The position numbers and the translations under genes were made by a program. From Candidatus Binataceae bacterium (lineage in GTDB: Bacteria; Desulfobacterota; Binatia; Binatales; Binataceae), in contig DASPOF010000089.1 in NCBI GenBank assembly GCA_035626155.1, forward strand, positions 10,828 to 74,827: 64,000 nt of DNA, given 5' to 3'. Shown piece after piece: positions 31,801 to 40,554 of the stretch. Position 1 is the first letter of the stretch, and the number at the start of each line of letters is the position of its first letter. Under the pieces are notes generated by a model that saw only the letters and a list, made by a program, of their open reading frames with translations, searched no databases and had not been told where the DNA came from.

Positions 31801-32412
31801 CCGCTCGATTTCGGCGAGCACGTCGTTGAGGCGCGCTAGGTTTTCCTTCACGCGTTCGAGCTTGCGCTCGGAGATCTCGCGCCGTCCCTTGAAGAGCGAC
31901 AGCCCGGCGGCCTCCTCGATCATCGAGCGCAACTCCTGCGGCTTGGCCTGGATGATCTCCTCGATGCGGCCCTGCTCGATGAGCGCGTAGCCGCGGCTGT
32001 GGATTTGCGCGGCCATGAAGAACTCGGTGATGTCCTTGAGGCGGCAGGGGATCTTGTTGAGCAGGTATTCGGACTCGCCCGACCGATAGACCCGCCGCGT
32101 CACCGCGACCTCGCTCAGCGCGGAGTATGGATCGGGAAGCTGATTCAGCTCATCAGCCTCGAGCACGAGCGAAATCTCGGCCATCCCGGCGGCGGGATTC
32201 GACTCGTTGCCCGTGTAGATGAGGTCCTCGGTGGTTTTGCCGCGCAGCCGGGTCGGCGCCTGTTCGCCGAGTACCCAACGGATTGCGTCCACCACGTTCG
32301 ACTTGCCACAGCCGTTGGGCCCGACCACCGCGGTGATGCCGGGGGCGAAAGTTATCGTCGTGGGATCGAGAAAGGACTTGAAGCCTACTAACTCAAGGCT
32401 CTTGAGACGCAT
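28879..32412 (-). CDS. smc: chromosome segregation protein SMC
   Basis: MRLKSLELVGFKSFLDPTTITFAPGITAVVGPNGCGKSNVVDAIRWVLGEQ, long coiled coils, a hinge, and a C-terminal LSGGEKALSALALVFSLF...DEVDAPLD. Confidence 0.97.
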   Translation of the reverse strand: MRLKSLELVGFKSFLDPTTITFAPGITAVVGPNGCGKSNVVDAIRWVLGEQAPTRLRGKTTEDLIYTGNESNPAAGMAEISLVLEADELNQLPDPYSALSEVAVTRRVYRSGESEYLLNKIPCRLKDITEFFMAAQIHSRGYALIEQGRIEEIIQAKPQELRSMIEEAAGLSLFKGRREISERKLERVKENLARLNDVLAEIERQLSYARRQAKRAETYRIIKAELSELERLAAARRLIEQREELAAQTAREGELKAAIDAARRAIAELQSGVEAAASAAHSARGDLSSAERELENLHAGAAERARTREFLERRLRSVSELEPLLAARITELEQKAVLARAARAATGARLARESAGGDDASPQALADLSARLEAARKLVRDAERRAEDLKDELSDIVREGAVVRGRLGDLTGERAELEERLAASESSAPALGAETGMAAELMRASEQELETCRERVGAFEAADREAAEHEVEARTAMEHLAARIAALGPAPEEPGAGLSDSAAVQADARLRTVLASLNGDRPSADPTWLRDVVKASEKLAPALRAVLGDELEAVIVESPYFALRAIEILKETRSGKLSFVQAPDAAVQAHPSVEAPGIAGRLVEMLDIDPRFQPVAEQFLGHVLLADDLDSALAASNLNGHGTLFVTRDGDLLLPGRMIRGGSGEEDTASGQRQDAAPDAAARELARAQEQHRAAAERFDAMRDARERAESALGDARHRAREAERIVGERRDALARARQTQALAQAQASGARRRMDEIAELVVASNTRLEQLAVAEQDARARLAALRDEFAQRRAAAEELAAAVMEAASRVEARKSHLEALDRDFRHAVETANHLEGQIGENRRSLERARGERAEFDSELKKIAEQDEIARARESELAASAARLRAESVAREEELESRRAEHKRSSDALSQIEADATECGLRRERARTLSEELARGFAEKFSAAFDEVAAELVAALAGRDPAADEQRLVELRARAERIGEVNLAAQSEVQELEERAATLGREKADLETAVHDLSQTITKLNREARKRFAETFEGAQRNFAELFPKLLRGGKARLELVESGDILEAGVNILVQPAGKKVKEIGLLSGGEKALSALALVFSLFLLNPSPFCVMDEVDAPLDEFSLAAFTSLVSELKQRSQFIVITHNQRTMQRADHIHGITMDRPGISRVISLKIPQAA

Positions 32413-32554
32413 GCCGCCATCGCCTCCACCACACCACCGCGCTCCGGGAGTTTATCCCGGAGTTATTCCGCACGATCAATGCTGCCCTACGATAGCAGGT
32501 TCTCCAGGCGATTTCGCCTGGTCCGATCGCATTCGCGGGCAGCTATGGACCCTT

Positions 32555-33202
32555 CTAATCCTGAATCAGCTCCGTATTCCAGTATGCACTATCGACCTGC
32601 GAAAGGAACGGCATCCATTCGCGATAGCGCCTGAGGCTGAACATGTCGGAGCTGAATGGCGTCCACTCGGGGCGGTGCGGCCTGCGCACCAGCGCCATCG
32701 CGGCCTCCTCCGGCGTGCGCCCGCCCTTCCTGCGATTGCACCGGTGGCACGAGCACACGATGTTTTCCCACGTGGAGGTGCCGCCGCGCGATCGCGGAAT
32801 CACGTGATCGAGGTTGAGGTCGGTGCGCGGCAGCCGCTTGCCGCAATACTGGCAGGTGTTGTTGTCGCGCGCGAAGATGTTGAAGCGCGAAAACCGCACG
32901 TGGCGCTTCGGAACCCGCTCGTACGCGATCAGCAGCAACACCCGCGGGACCCGGATGACCCCGCCCACGGTGCCGAGGCGCTCGTGGTGGATTTCGACGG
33001 ACAGGTCGCGCCAGCTTTGGAAATCGAAGGTCCGGTATTGCTCATCGACCGCCCGCGCGATTCCCTGGTAAAGCAGCGCGAAGGCGCGTTTTACCGAGGT
33101 GACATGCACCGGCAGGTAAGACCGGTTCAGCACCAGCACCTTGCTGTTAAGCAGGGCAGAACCCGGGAGCGGAACCGCCGCAACGTCGGCCGCCAAGCTC
33201 AT
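32555..33202 (-). CDS. HNH endonuclease
   Basis: CQYCGKRLPRTDLNLDHVIPRSRGGTSTWENIVCSCHRCNRRKG HNH motif. Start placed at MSLAADVAA. Confidence 0.8.
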   Translation of the reverse strand: MSLAADVAAVPLPGSALLNSKVLVLNRSYLPVHVTSVKRAFALLYQGIARAVDEQYRTFDFQSWRDLSVEIHHERLGTVGGVIRVPRVLLLIAYERVPKRHVRFSRFNIFARDNNTCQYCGKRLPRTDLNLDHVIPRSRGGTSTWENIVCSCHRCNRRKGGRTPEEAAMALVRRPHRPEWTPFSSDMFSLRRYREWMPFLSQVDSAYWNTELIQD

Positions 33203-33452
33203 CAAGAAAGAGCTAACGGCCCCTGAGGTCCAAGTCAAGGCGGACGACCGTGAAATGTTAGTGATTTCGCGAGGTTCCGAGAGCGCCTTGCGCAAGCCGG
33301 CTCGCCGCCCGTATGATCACGCGGGAGGTTGCGGGCGTGGCGGTGACATCGTCTGTCGGCGGTCGGTGGCGCTCAGGGCAATAGCCCGGCTATCCGTAGT
33401 GCGGCACGCGATCGTCTGAAAGCGCGATACAACGACTTAGAAGACACAGCAA

Positions 33453-35081
33453 GTGAGACGCGAAATTGTAATCAACGCATCCGCGATGGAAGTGCGGGTG
33501 GCGCTGCTCGAAGATGGTTCGCTCGCGGAGTTCTACCTTGAGCGCAACTCGCACCGGAGCCTGGTCGGAAATATCTACAAAGGAAAAGTGACCCGCGTGC
33601 TGCCCGGGATGCAGGCGGCGTTCGTCGATATCGGGCTCGAGAAGGCGGGCTTCCTTCACGTGTCCGATTTCCGCGACCCGCGCGAGGTGCTGAGCTCGGT
33701 CGCCGATGTGACCGGCGAAGAGGACGTCGAGACCGACGAGGCCGGGCCGCCGCCCGCCGCGCCGATTCCAGAAACCGTGCAGGAGGGCGCTGCCGAGACC
33801 GCAATCGAACCGTCCGCGCCCGAGGGGCGGCGCCCGCGCCGCCGCCATCAGCGTCACCGCAGCCGCCTCCCTATCGAGCAGCAGCTCCGGCGCGGGCAGG
33901 AGATCATCGTCCAGATCGCCAAGGAGCCGATGGGCACCAAGGGAGCGCGCCTGACTTCCGCGATTTCGCTCCCCGGGCGATACCTGGTTTGCACGCCGAC
34001 CAGCGACCATCTGGGCGTATCGCGCCGGATAGCGAGCGCGGAGGAACGCGCGCGGCTTCGCGACCTGATCACCGAGCTGCGCCCGCCCCAGACCGGATTC
34101 ATCGTGCGCACCGCGTGCGAGGGATTGAGCCGCCGTGAAATCCAGCGCGACATCGCGTTCCTTACCAAGCTCTGGTCCTCGATCGTGGCCAAGCAGGAGA
34201 CCGCTGCGCCCGCCTCGATTCTCTACGGTGAACCCGACGTTGCGGTGCGCACCGTGCGCGACCTCTTCTCGAGCGAGGTCGAGCGGCTGTGGTGCGACGA
34301 GCAGGCCACTTACGGACGAATCGTCCAGTTCGTGCAGACCTACATGCCGCGGCTGCGCTCGCGCGTGGTCCTGTACGACGAGCCCGAGCCGATCTTCACC
34401 CGCTTCGATATCGACAGCCAGATCGAGCGCGCGCTCGACCGCAAGGTCTGGCTCAAATCGGGCGGCTACCTGGTCTTCGATCAGGCCGAGGCGCTCACCG
34501 CGATCGATGTGAACACCGGCCGCTTTGTCGGCAAGCGCAGCCAGGACGAGACCATACTCAAGACCAACCTTGAGGCGGTCGATGAGATCGTAAAGCAACT
34601 GCGCCTGCGCAACATCGGCGGGATCATCATCGTCGATTTGATCGACATGGCCCGCGAGGCCGACCGCAAGCGCGTGAGCGAGGCGCTCGCGGTGGCGCTC
34701 AGGCGCGACAAGGCGCGTACCTCCGCGCTCAAAATCTCCGAACTCGGCCTTGTGCAGATGACGCGCAAGCGCACCCGCGAGAGCCTCGAGGCCTTGCTCA
34801 CGGAGCAATGCCCGCGATGCCTGGGACGGCGCGTGGTCAAGTCCGTCCCGACGCTGGCCGCCGAGGTGCTGCGCGGGATTTACCAGGAGGCGAAGCGCCA
34901 TCCCGGGGGCGAGATGATCATCGTCCGGCTGAACCCCGAAGTCGCGCGCCATCTCTACGATCACGGCGCGAAAGACCTCGCGAGGCTGGAACAGAAGCTC
35001 TCGATGAAAGTCGTATTGCGGTCCAAGGAAGGCATCGAACCCGGCGCCTTCGAACTCGCGCAGGAACCCGCCGCGGCCTGA
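33453..35081 (+). CDS. rng: ribonuclease E/G family endoribonuclease with a charged insertion
   Basis: S1 domain (LVGNIYKGKVTRVLPGMQAAFVDIG) and an RNase E/G catalytic core (FIVRTACEG ... DVNTGRFVG ... GGIIIVDLIDM). 542 aa. Confidence 0.85.
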   Translation: MRREIVINASAMEVRVALLEDGSLAEFYLERNSHRSLVGNIYKGKVTRVLPGMQAAFVDIGLEKAGFLHVSDFRDPREVLSSVADVTGEEDVETDEAGPPPAAPIPETVQEGAAETAIEPSAPEGRRPRRRHQRHRSRLPIEQQLRRGQEIIVQIAKEPMGTKGARLTSAISLPGRYLVCTPTSDHLGVSRRIASAEERARLRDLITELRPPQTGFIVRTACEGLSRREIQRDIAFLTKLWSSIVAKQETAAPASILYGEPDVAVRTVRDLFSSEVERLWCDEQATYGRIVQFVQTYMPRLRSRVVLYDEPEPIFTRFDIDSQIERALDRKVWLKSGGYLVFDQAEALTAIDVNTGRFVGKRSQDETILKTNLEAVDEIVKQLRLRNIGGIIIVDLIDMAREADRKRVSEALAVALRRDKARTSALKISELGLVQMTRKRTRESLEALLTEQCPRCLGRRVVKSVPTLAAEVLRGIYQEAKRHPGGEMIIVRLNPEVARHLYDHGAKDLARLEQKLSMKVVLRSKEGIEPGAFELAQEPAAA

Positions 35082-35160
35082 AAATCACCGCATCGCCCGT
35101 CAAAATCGCGGCCAATCGCCCGTGCAACGGGAGTGCTCCGATGCCGTCGATCGGAGCTTG

Positions 35161-35182
35161 GCTGACACATGGATGTGTCAGC
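35161..35182. promoter_or_regulatory. perfect 22-bp palindrome GCTGACACAT-gg-ATGTGTCAGC
   Basis: Seen directly in the 264-bp rng-to-hypothetical intergenic region. Also nested in a larger imperfect repeat (CCGTCGATCGG ... CCATCGGCGATGG). Confidence 0.5.
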
Positions 35183-35345
35183 GGAGTGCCATCGGCGATG
35201 GAAAAATCTCGACTATCGGATGGCCCGCAGGTTGCTTAAGCACACAATGTTTTATAGGCCGCGTGACTTCTGACGTTCCGGCACACCTCGGGAACGGGGG
35301 ACCGGAATGCAGTCGGACGCGGATGTTTGCGTTTGGGATTGACCC

Positions 35346-35843
35346 GTGGAAAGCCTCGCCAGATCGGTCCTCAAGGTCATCGGCGCGGTGGCCGGTATTG
35401 GCGCTCTGGCATTCATTGCGCTGTTCGTCCGGGTGCTGATGGATGAGCATGCGCTCGACCGCGAGAGCCGGGAATTCGCGGATCATTCCGCGCTCGCAAT
35501 CCTCACCGGATGGAAGGAGCAGGCGCTCGTCGATCGGGGGAGCGATCAATTCAAGTTGGCGACTCGATCGAACGCCCAGATCGATCGAATGTTCGCGCGA
35601 TGGCGCCGGCTGGGCGAGCTGGAAAAGTACGACGGCTCGACCGGGAAAGCCTCGATCCATCTGACCCCCGATGCGAAGGCGGTCGTGACCGCAAGCTATG
35701 TGGGCAAGGCGGACTTTCGCCACGGCTCAGCCGAAGTCCGCATCTCTCTCATCCAGCAGGACGGCGAGTGGCGGATTTTGGGCTTCGGCATCTATCCGGT
35801 GGCGGCCACCGCCGATTCGAACGTTCGCCCACCCGACCTTTAG
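35346..35843 (+). CDS. hypothetical N-terminally membrane-anchored protein
   Basis: TM helix VIGAVAGIGALAFIALFV followed by a soluble domain. No family recognised. Confidence 0.45.
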   Translation: MESLARSVLKVIGAVAGIGALAFIALFVRVLMDEHALDRESREFADHSALAILTGWKEQALVDRGSDQFKLATRSNAQIDRMFARWRRLGELEKYDGSTGKASIHLTPDAKAVVTASYVGKADFRHGSAEVRISLIQQDGEWRILGFGIYPVAATADSNVRPPDL

Positions 35844-35883
35844 CCGCGGCGGGAATCGCGCCGGTCCTCCCGCGCGCCGACGG

Positions 35884-36811
35884 TCAGCTCGGCTCGGCCG
35901 CGGATGCGGCGGCGACCTGGGCCGCAGCCTGAATCTGGCCGAAGTGGATCTTGCCGAGGTCGAACTCCTCGAGCGCCTTGATTAGCGAGTTCAGCGCGGT
36001 CTTGCAGGGCGGGAGGGTCTTGCGCGCTCGCGAAAGCGGATTGCATCGCGCGACGATGAAATTCTTGAGATACGGGTGGACCAGTCCGCGCTTGCGTCCG
36101 CGCACAACCAGGTCCGCCAGGATTTTGTCGGCGCGCTCGACTTGCCCGGCGCGCTCGTCGCGCTCCTCGAACGCATCCTTGAGCGGCTTGGCGAGGAACG
36201 TATCGACGCGGCTCAGAATCGGCGCGTAGGCGCCGCCCGAGAACTTCGGCGTGCGATCGTAAGAGATCCCGAGCGTGATGAAGTGGGCGCGCTCGAACTC
36301 GAATGCGAAATCCTTCTCCGGCGAGCGCGGATGCTCCTCCGCCCGCGCGCGGTACATCCTGATCACCTCCAGCGACTTGTCCCTGAGGTTGTGCGCCTTC
36401 TCGGTGTTGAGCGCGAGAATCTGGAAGGCGACCTCTGATTCCGGAATCACGATCGCGGGGATCGTCTTCGCGCCCGCCTTGGCGGCCGCGGCGCGGCGAT
36501 GGTTCCCGTTGGGAGTCCAGTAGATGTCGCCCGCGCGCACGGCGACGATCGGCTCGGTGTAGCGGTCGAGCTTCTTCATCACCTCGACCATGCGCTTCAA
36601 GTGCGCGGGCGAAAGGTCGCGCTGATAAGGCGTGGGCTGCACCTTCGCGAGCGGCAGCAGCGCGAAGACGTGCCAGTGGCCGCCCACCGGCTCCTGGAAC
36701 GCGGCGAGCGCCGCACCGCCATCGATGTCGATCGCCTCGGCAAGCTGCTGCACCGGCGCAGGAAGTTTCGCATCGTGGGGCGCGATCGCGATATCCGCCA
36801 TATCAAAGATT
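35884..36811 (-). CDS. ParB-like nuclease-domain (ParB/Srx fold) protein
   Basis: LLPLAKVQPTPYQRDLSPAHLKRMVEVMKKLDRYTEPIVAVRAGDIYWTPNGNHRRAAAAKAGAKTIPAIVIPE. Start at MADIAIAPHD; the remainder of track ORF 35884..38658 is antisense to the RND gene and is rejected. Confidence 0.55.
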
Positions 36812-36902
36812 TGTAGTGTAACGGCGCGGCTCGCGCCAACCCGTGCCGATAGCCGCGCGGCCGCGAACTGGCCGGCGCGGGACCGCCGGAGCGCACTGCC
36901 GG

Positions 36903-39293
36903 TCAGGACGGCGCAGTGACGGCACGCTGCGCGATGTCGGGGCGGCGCGATGCGATCACGCGATCCTTCGCGCGGTGGATGAATGCGGGATCGAACACCA
37001 CGATCAGGACCGGCAGAATCGTCATCGCTCCCAACATCGAGACGAACATCCACACCGCCAGCAGCAGTCCCATCTCGGCATCGAACCGTATGCTCGACCA
37101 GTACCAGAAGAGCACGGACGCAACGAGCGTAAGCGCGGTGAACGCGACCGCCTTGCCCGACGTGGTAAGCGCCCGGTAGGTCGCATCGTTGAGTTCGTGG
37201 CCGAGCGCGAGTTCCTCGATGACGCGGCTTACGATGTAAATTGCGTAGTCGATTCCAAAGCCGACGCCGACCGTCACCACCGGCAGAGTGTTGATGTTGA
37301 TGCCGATGTCGCGCGCGCCCATATACGCGTTGACTGCCGCGTTGGCTAGCGCGAGCGGAAACAGCAGGTACAACCCCGCCATGAACGAGCGGTAGGTGAA
37401 CAGCACGATCACATAGATCGTCGCGAACGCGAGCACGTTGAGCAGCAGATCGTTCTTGAGGATCTCCTCGTTGGCGGCTGCCAGTTCTCCGATAATTCCG
37501 GCCGCGAGCTTGAATTCGACGCCGTCGACCTTGTGCTCCGGTTCGGCAAAGAAGCGCCTGGTCCGCGCAACGATCCGCTGCACGTTCTCGCCCTCGCGAT
37601 CCTTGGAATAGACCGTGATCTGGGTCGCATCCCGGCGCGGCGTGATGATGTAGGCGGTCGACAGCGGCGATCCGCCCGCGAGCAGGCCGCCAACCAATTG
37701 GCTCGTGCCTTGCCGCGTGGTCGGAAGCACATTCCACTTGGGCTCGAACTCGCGCAGCGCCGAGGCGCCATTGGCGATCAGGTCGGCGATTGAGAAAGTA
37801 TGGCCGACCGCCGGATCGCCCTCCATGTAGCGCTGGTATGCATCCATCACGTGATAGAGCTTGGGATCGTTGATCGCGTCGCGGTTGGATGCCTCGGCGA
37901 CCACGACGAACTGTTCTATCGCGCCGAATTTGTTCTGTATCGCCGCCATCGAGCGATTGTACTGCGAGTCGGGCCAGAGGATCGGAGTTGCCGATGACGG
38001 GTCGCCGACCTTGAGTCCCGTCCAGCAGGACGCGCAGACAGCGATCGCGCCGGCCGCCGCGGCGATCGTGAAGATGCGGCCCGTCTTCGAGAGCATCGGG
38101 CCCGCGCTCGCCTCGAGCACCCGCTTGAAGATTCCGTGCTCGCGCCGCTCGATTACCAGGATTCGCGGCGGCTCGAGATAATAGTAAACGATCGGGTTCA
38201 GCAGCAGCTCGCTCACGATGATCGCGGTGATCCAGAACGCGGCGGTGATCGCAAGGTGCTGCAAAATGACGACCGGCACGAGCAGGATCACGAGCACGCC
38301 GAACGCGTCGGCGAGAATCCCCGACAGCGACGGCACGAACAGCTCGGAGAACGCGGAAAGGATCGCCCGGTTCTTGTTGCGCAACCGGTAATACTCCTCG
38401 TAATACCGATCGTGCATCTGCACCGAATGGCTCACCGCCCGCGCGGTTATCAAAAATGGAATCACGAGCACGAGCGGGTCCAGCGCGAATCCGATCAGGC
38501 GGATGAAGCCGAGGCCCCAGATCGCGCAGATCACGCCCGAGATGGTCGGACGCAGCGCGCCGCGCCAGTCGAGAAAGTAAATGTACAGAAGCGCCCACAC
38601 CGCGATGACAGTAACGATGAAAATCCGGAACACCTGCGGCGCGAAGTCGTAAACCCATCCGTAGAGCACCGGCTGGCCGCCGTAATATATCTCCACCGTC
38701 GCATCGCGCTCCGGGTCCACCACCGTGCTGCGGATCTCATTGAAGATGCGGCGGTAGTCGAGCCGCGATTCGAGGAAGCTGCCCTCGACTATCGCCGCCT
38801 GGTCATCGAGCGACACGAACCGCCCGAAGACCACGCCCGGATTCTTGTGGACATTGCTGCGGACCTCGTCGATCTCGCGCTGCGTGGTGGGCACCTTGCC
38901 CTCGGGAAAGACGGGAACGTTGAGGATTACTCCGCCGGCCAGCGGGCGAAAGTAGCTCGCCGTCACCATCGAGCGCACCGACCCGTGCTGGATGCCGTAG
39001 ACGACGTCCATGTTGCGGGTTATGCGCACGATCTTGGCGAGAATCTCGGGCGTGTAGATCGTGCCCTCGCGCGCCTCGATCATGATCGTCACGTTGTTCA
39101 CGGCGCCGAAGTAGGTGTCGTACTTGTGAGCGATCTGGACGAAGGGATGGTTCTGCGGGAGCAGGTCGCCGAAGCTTGTGACCTGATGGGTTCTCGCGGC
39201 GAAATATCCGAAGAATGCGGTGAGCGCTCCGATCGCGAGCAGCACGGCGAACCGCCTGCGCAGGATCCAATCGCCGAATCGATACCAGACCAT
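36903..39293 (-). CDS. RND-superfamily (MMPL-type) transporter
   Basis: About 797 aa with two 6-TM bundles and large periplasmic loops. Start at MVWYRFGDWILRRRFAVLLAIGAL; the upstream 135 codons of the track ORF are judged a spurious extension. Confidence 0.8.
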   Translation of the reverse strand: MVWYRFGDWILRRRFAVLLAIGALTAFFGYFAARTHQVTSFGDLLPQNHPFVQIAHKYDTYFGAVNNVTIMIEAREGTIYTPEILAKIVRITRNMDVVYGIQHGSVRSMVTASYFRPLAGGVILNVPVFPEGKVPTTQREIDEVRSNVHKNPGVVFGRFVSLDDQAAIVEGSFLESRLDYRRIFNEIRSTVVDPERDATVEIYYGGQPVLYGWVYDFAPQVFRIFIVTVIAVWALLYIYFLDWRGALRPTISGVICAIWGLGFIRLIGFALDPLVLVIPFLITARAVSHSVQMHDRYYEEYYRLRNKNRAILSAFSELFVPSLSGILADAFGVLVILLVPVVILQHLAITAAFWITAIIVSELLLNPIVYYYLEPPRILVIERREHGIFKRVLEASAGPMLSKTGRIFTIAAAAGAIAVCASCWTGLKVGDPSSATPILWPDSQYNRSMAAIQNKFGAIEQFVVVAEASNRDAINDPKLYHVMDAYQRYMEGDPAVGHTFSIADLIANGASALREFEPKWNVLPTTRQGTSQLVGGLLAGGSPLSTAYIITPRRDATQITVYSKDREGENVQRIVARTRRFFAEPEHKVDGVEFKLAAGIIGELAAANEEILKNDLLLNVLAFATIYVIVLFTYRSFMAGLYLLFPLALANAAVNAYMGARDIGININTLPVVTVGVGFGIDYAIYIVSRVIEELALGHELNDATYRALTTSGKAVAFTALTLVASVLFWYWSSIRFDAEMGLLLAVWMFVSMLGAMTILPVLIVVFDPAFIHRAKDRVIASRRPDIAQRAVTAPS

Positions 39294-39328
39294 CCTCGTG
39301 CCCGCAGCCGTCCTGCTCGATTCGGCGC

Positions 39329-40468
39329 TCAGCCCTGGCAAAAGCGCCAGGTCTTGCCGCCATCCTCGGTATAGAGAATCGTTCCGTAGCCGACGATCCA
39401 TCCGTGCCGATCGTCGAAGAAGCGCACCTGGCTGAGCGGGAATGGGAGCGCCGGCACGCTTGAGTCGTGCGCCCACGCGCCATTGGGCTGCAACCTGAGC
39501 ACCGTGCCGGTGAGTCCCGTCGTCATTCCCTGGCCGGTGCCGAAGAGGTCGATCGAAAAGAGCGGATCGCGCGCAGGAATCTGCGGCGCGCCGGGCATCA
39601 CGGTATCGGGCGGTCCGCCCGGGCTGTCCGCCTGATGCGCGAAGGACCAACTCTTGCCGCCATCGATGGTCTGGATGACCCATCCTTCCAGACCGCATGC
39701 CGCGCCGTGGAGCGCGTCGCGGAACGACACGCCGAACATCGTCGGCAACATGAAATCCGCAAAACGCGCGTCCTCATTAGGGCCGAGCGGACGGTGCCAT
39801 TGCCCGACCAGCGAGCCCTGCTCCTCGTCCCAGGTCCTGCCCCCATTGACGGTGCCCCAGACTCGTCCGAGTTCGCCGACCACCCATCCGCGCTGGCTAT
39901 CGACGAACGCTGTCGAGTAAAGGACCGGCTCCTCGTATGGCAACGCGTATTCCTCGATTTCGCGCGGGAATATCCGTTGTAGCTGCCGCTTGAAAAAGCT
40001 CTCGCCGCCATCGGTTGTGCTGAGCACCAGCGCGCGGTCCCCGACCAGGAACCCGTGGAGGCGATCGGGAAATGAAAGCCCGAAGATAAACAGGTGCGTG
40101 CGCGAAGCGAGCCGCTCCCAGGTCTTGCCGCCCTCGCGCGTGCGCATCACGAGTCCATCCTGGCCGCACAGGAAGCCGTTGCGGTCATCGGTCATCTGGA
40201 TTCCGAAGATGGCAAGATCGGTACCGATATTGATTCGGGTGAAATGAAGGCCGCCATCCTCGGTGAGCAGGAGTTTCCCCCGTGCCCCGCCGATAAACGC
40301 TCGCGAGGGTCCTGTCGGCCACACATCGAAGAACTTGTCGGTCAGCGTGACGTTCCGCTCTGGGAGCGGAGGGACTGGGACCTCGCGATGGCATCCGCAC
40401 ACGGCCAAAGCCGCGGCGATCGCGAGTGCACGGATCCCGCGTAAGGTGAAAATCTTTCCGAACAACAC
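39329..40468 (-). CDS. Ycf48-like BNR/sialidase-repeat lipoprotein
   Basis: Predicted GTG start giving MLFGKIFTLRGIRALAIAAALAVCGC (lipoprotein-like signal), then repeated TxDGGxTW BNR-like motifs (TEDGGLHF, TDGGESF, VNGGRTW, IDGGKSW, TEDGGKTW). Confidence 0.6.
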   Translation of the reverse strand: MLFGKIFTLRGIRALAIAAALAVCGCHREVPVPPLPERNVTLTDKFFDVWPTGPSRAFIGGARGKLLLTEDGGLHFTRINIGTDLAIFGIQMTDDRNGFLCGQDGLVMRTREGGKTWERLASRTHLFIFGLSFPDRLHGFLVGDRALVLSTTDGGESFFKRQLQRIFPREIEEYALPYEEPVLYSTAFVDSQRGWVVGELGRVWGTVNGGRTWDEEQGSLVGQWHRPLGPNEDARFADFMLPTMFGVSFRDALHGAACGLEGWVIQTIDGGKSWSFAHQADSPGGPPDTVMPGAPQIPARDPLFSIDLFGTGQGMTTGLTGTVLRLQPNGAWAHDSSVPALPFPLSQVRFFDDRHGWIVGYGTILYTEDGGKTWRFCQG

Positions 40469-40554
40469 GACTTTGGTCCTGAAGATTTGCCTTATACTCA
40501 AGGAAAGCCGCCAGCTTCGCAAGACAAATGATCGCGGCGGGTCCGCAACGAGGA

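Noticed and set aside
36812-38658. Upstream 600 codons of track ORF 35884..38658, which at 924 aa looked like a giant protein
   Set aside because: Only the last 309 codons (the ParB-like protein from MADIAIAPHD) look real. The remainder is antisense to the well-supported MMPL/RND transporter gene and is Arg/Gly/Pro-rich, a typical high-GC open-frame artefact.
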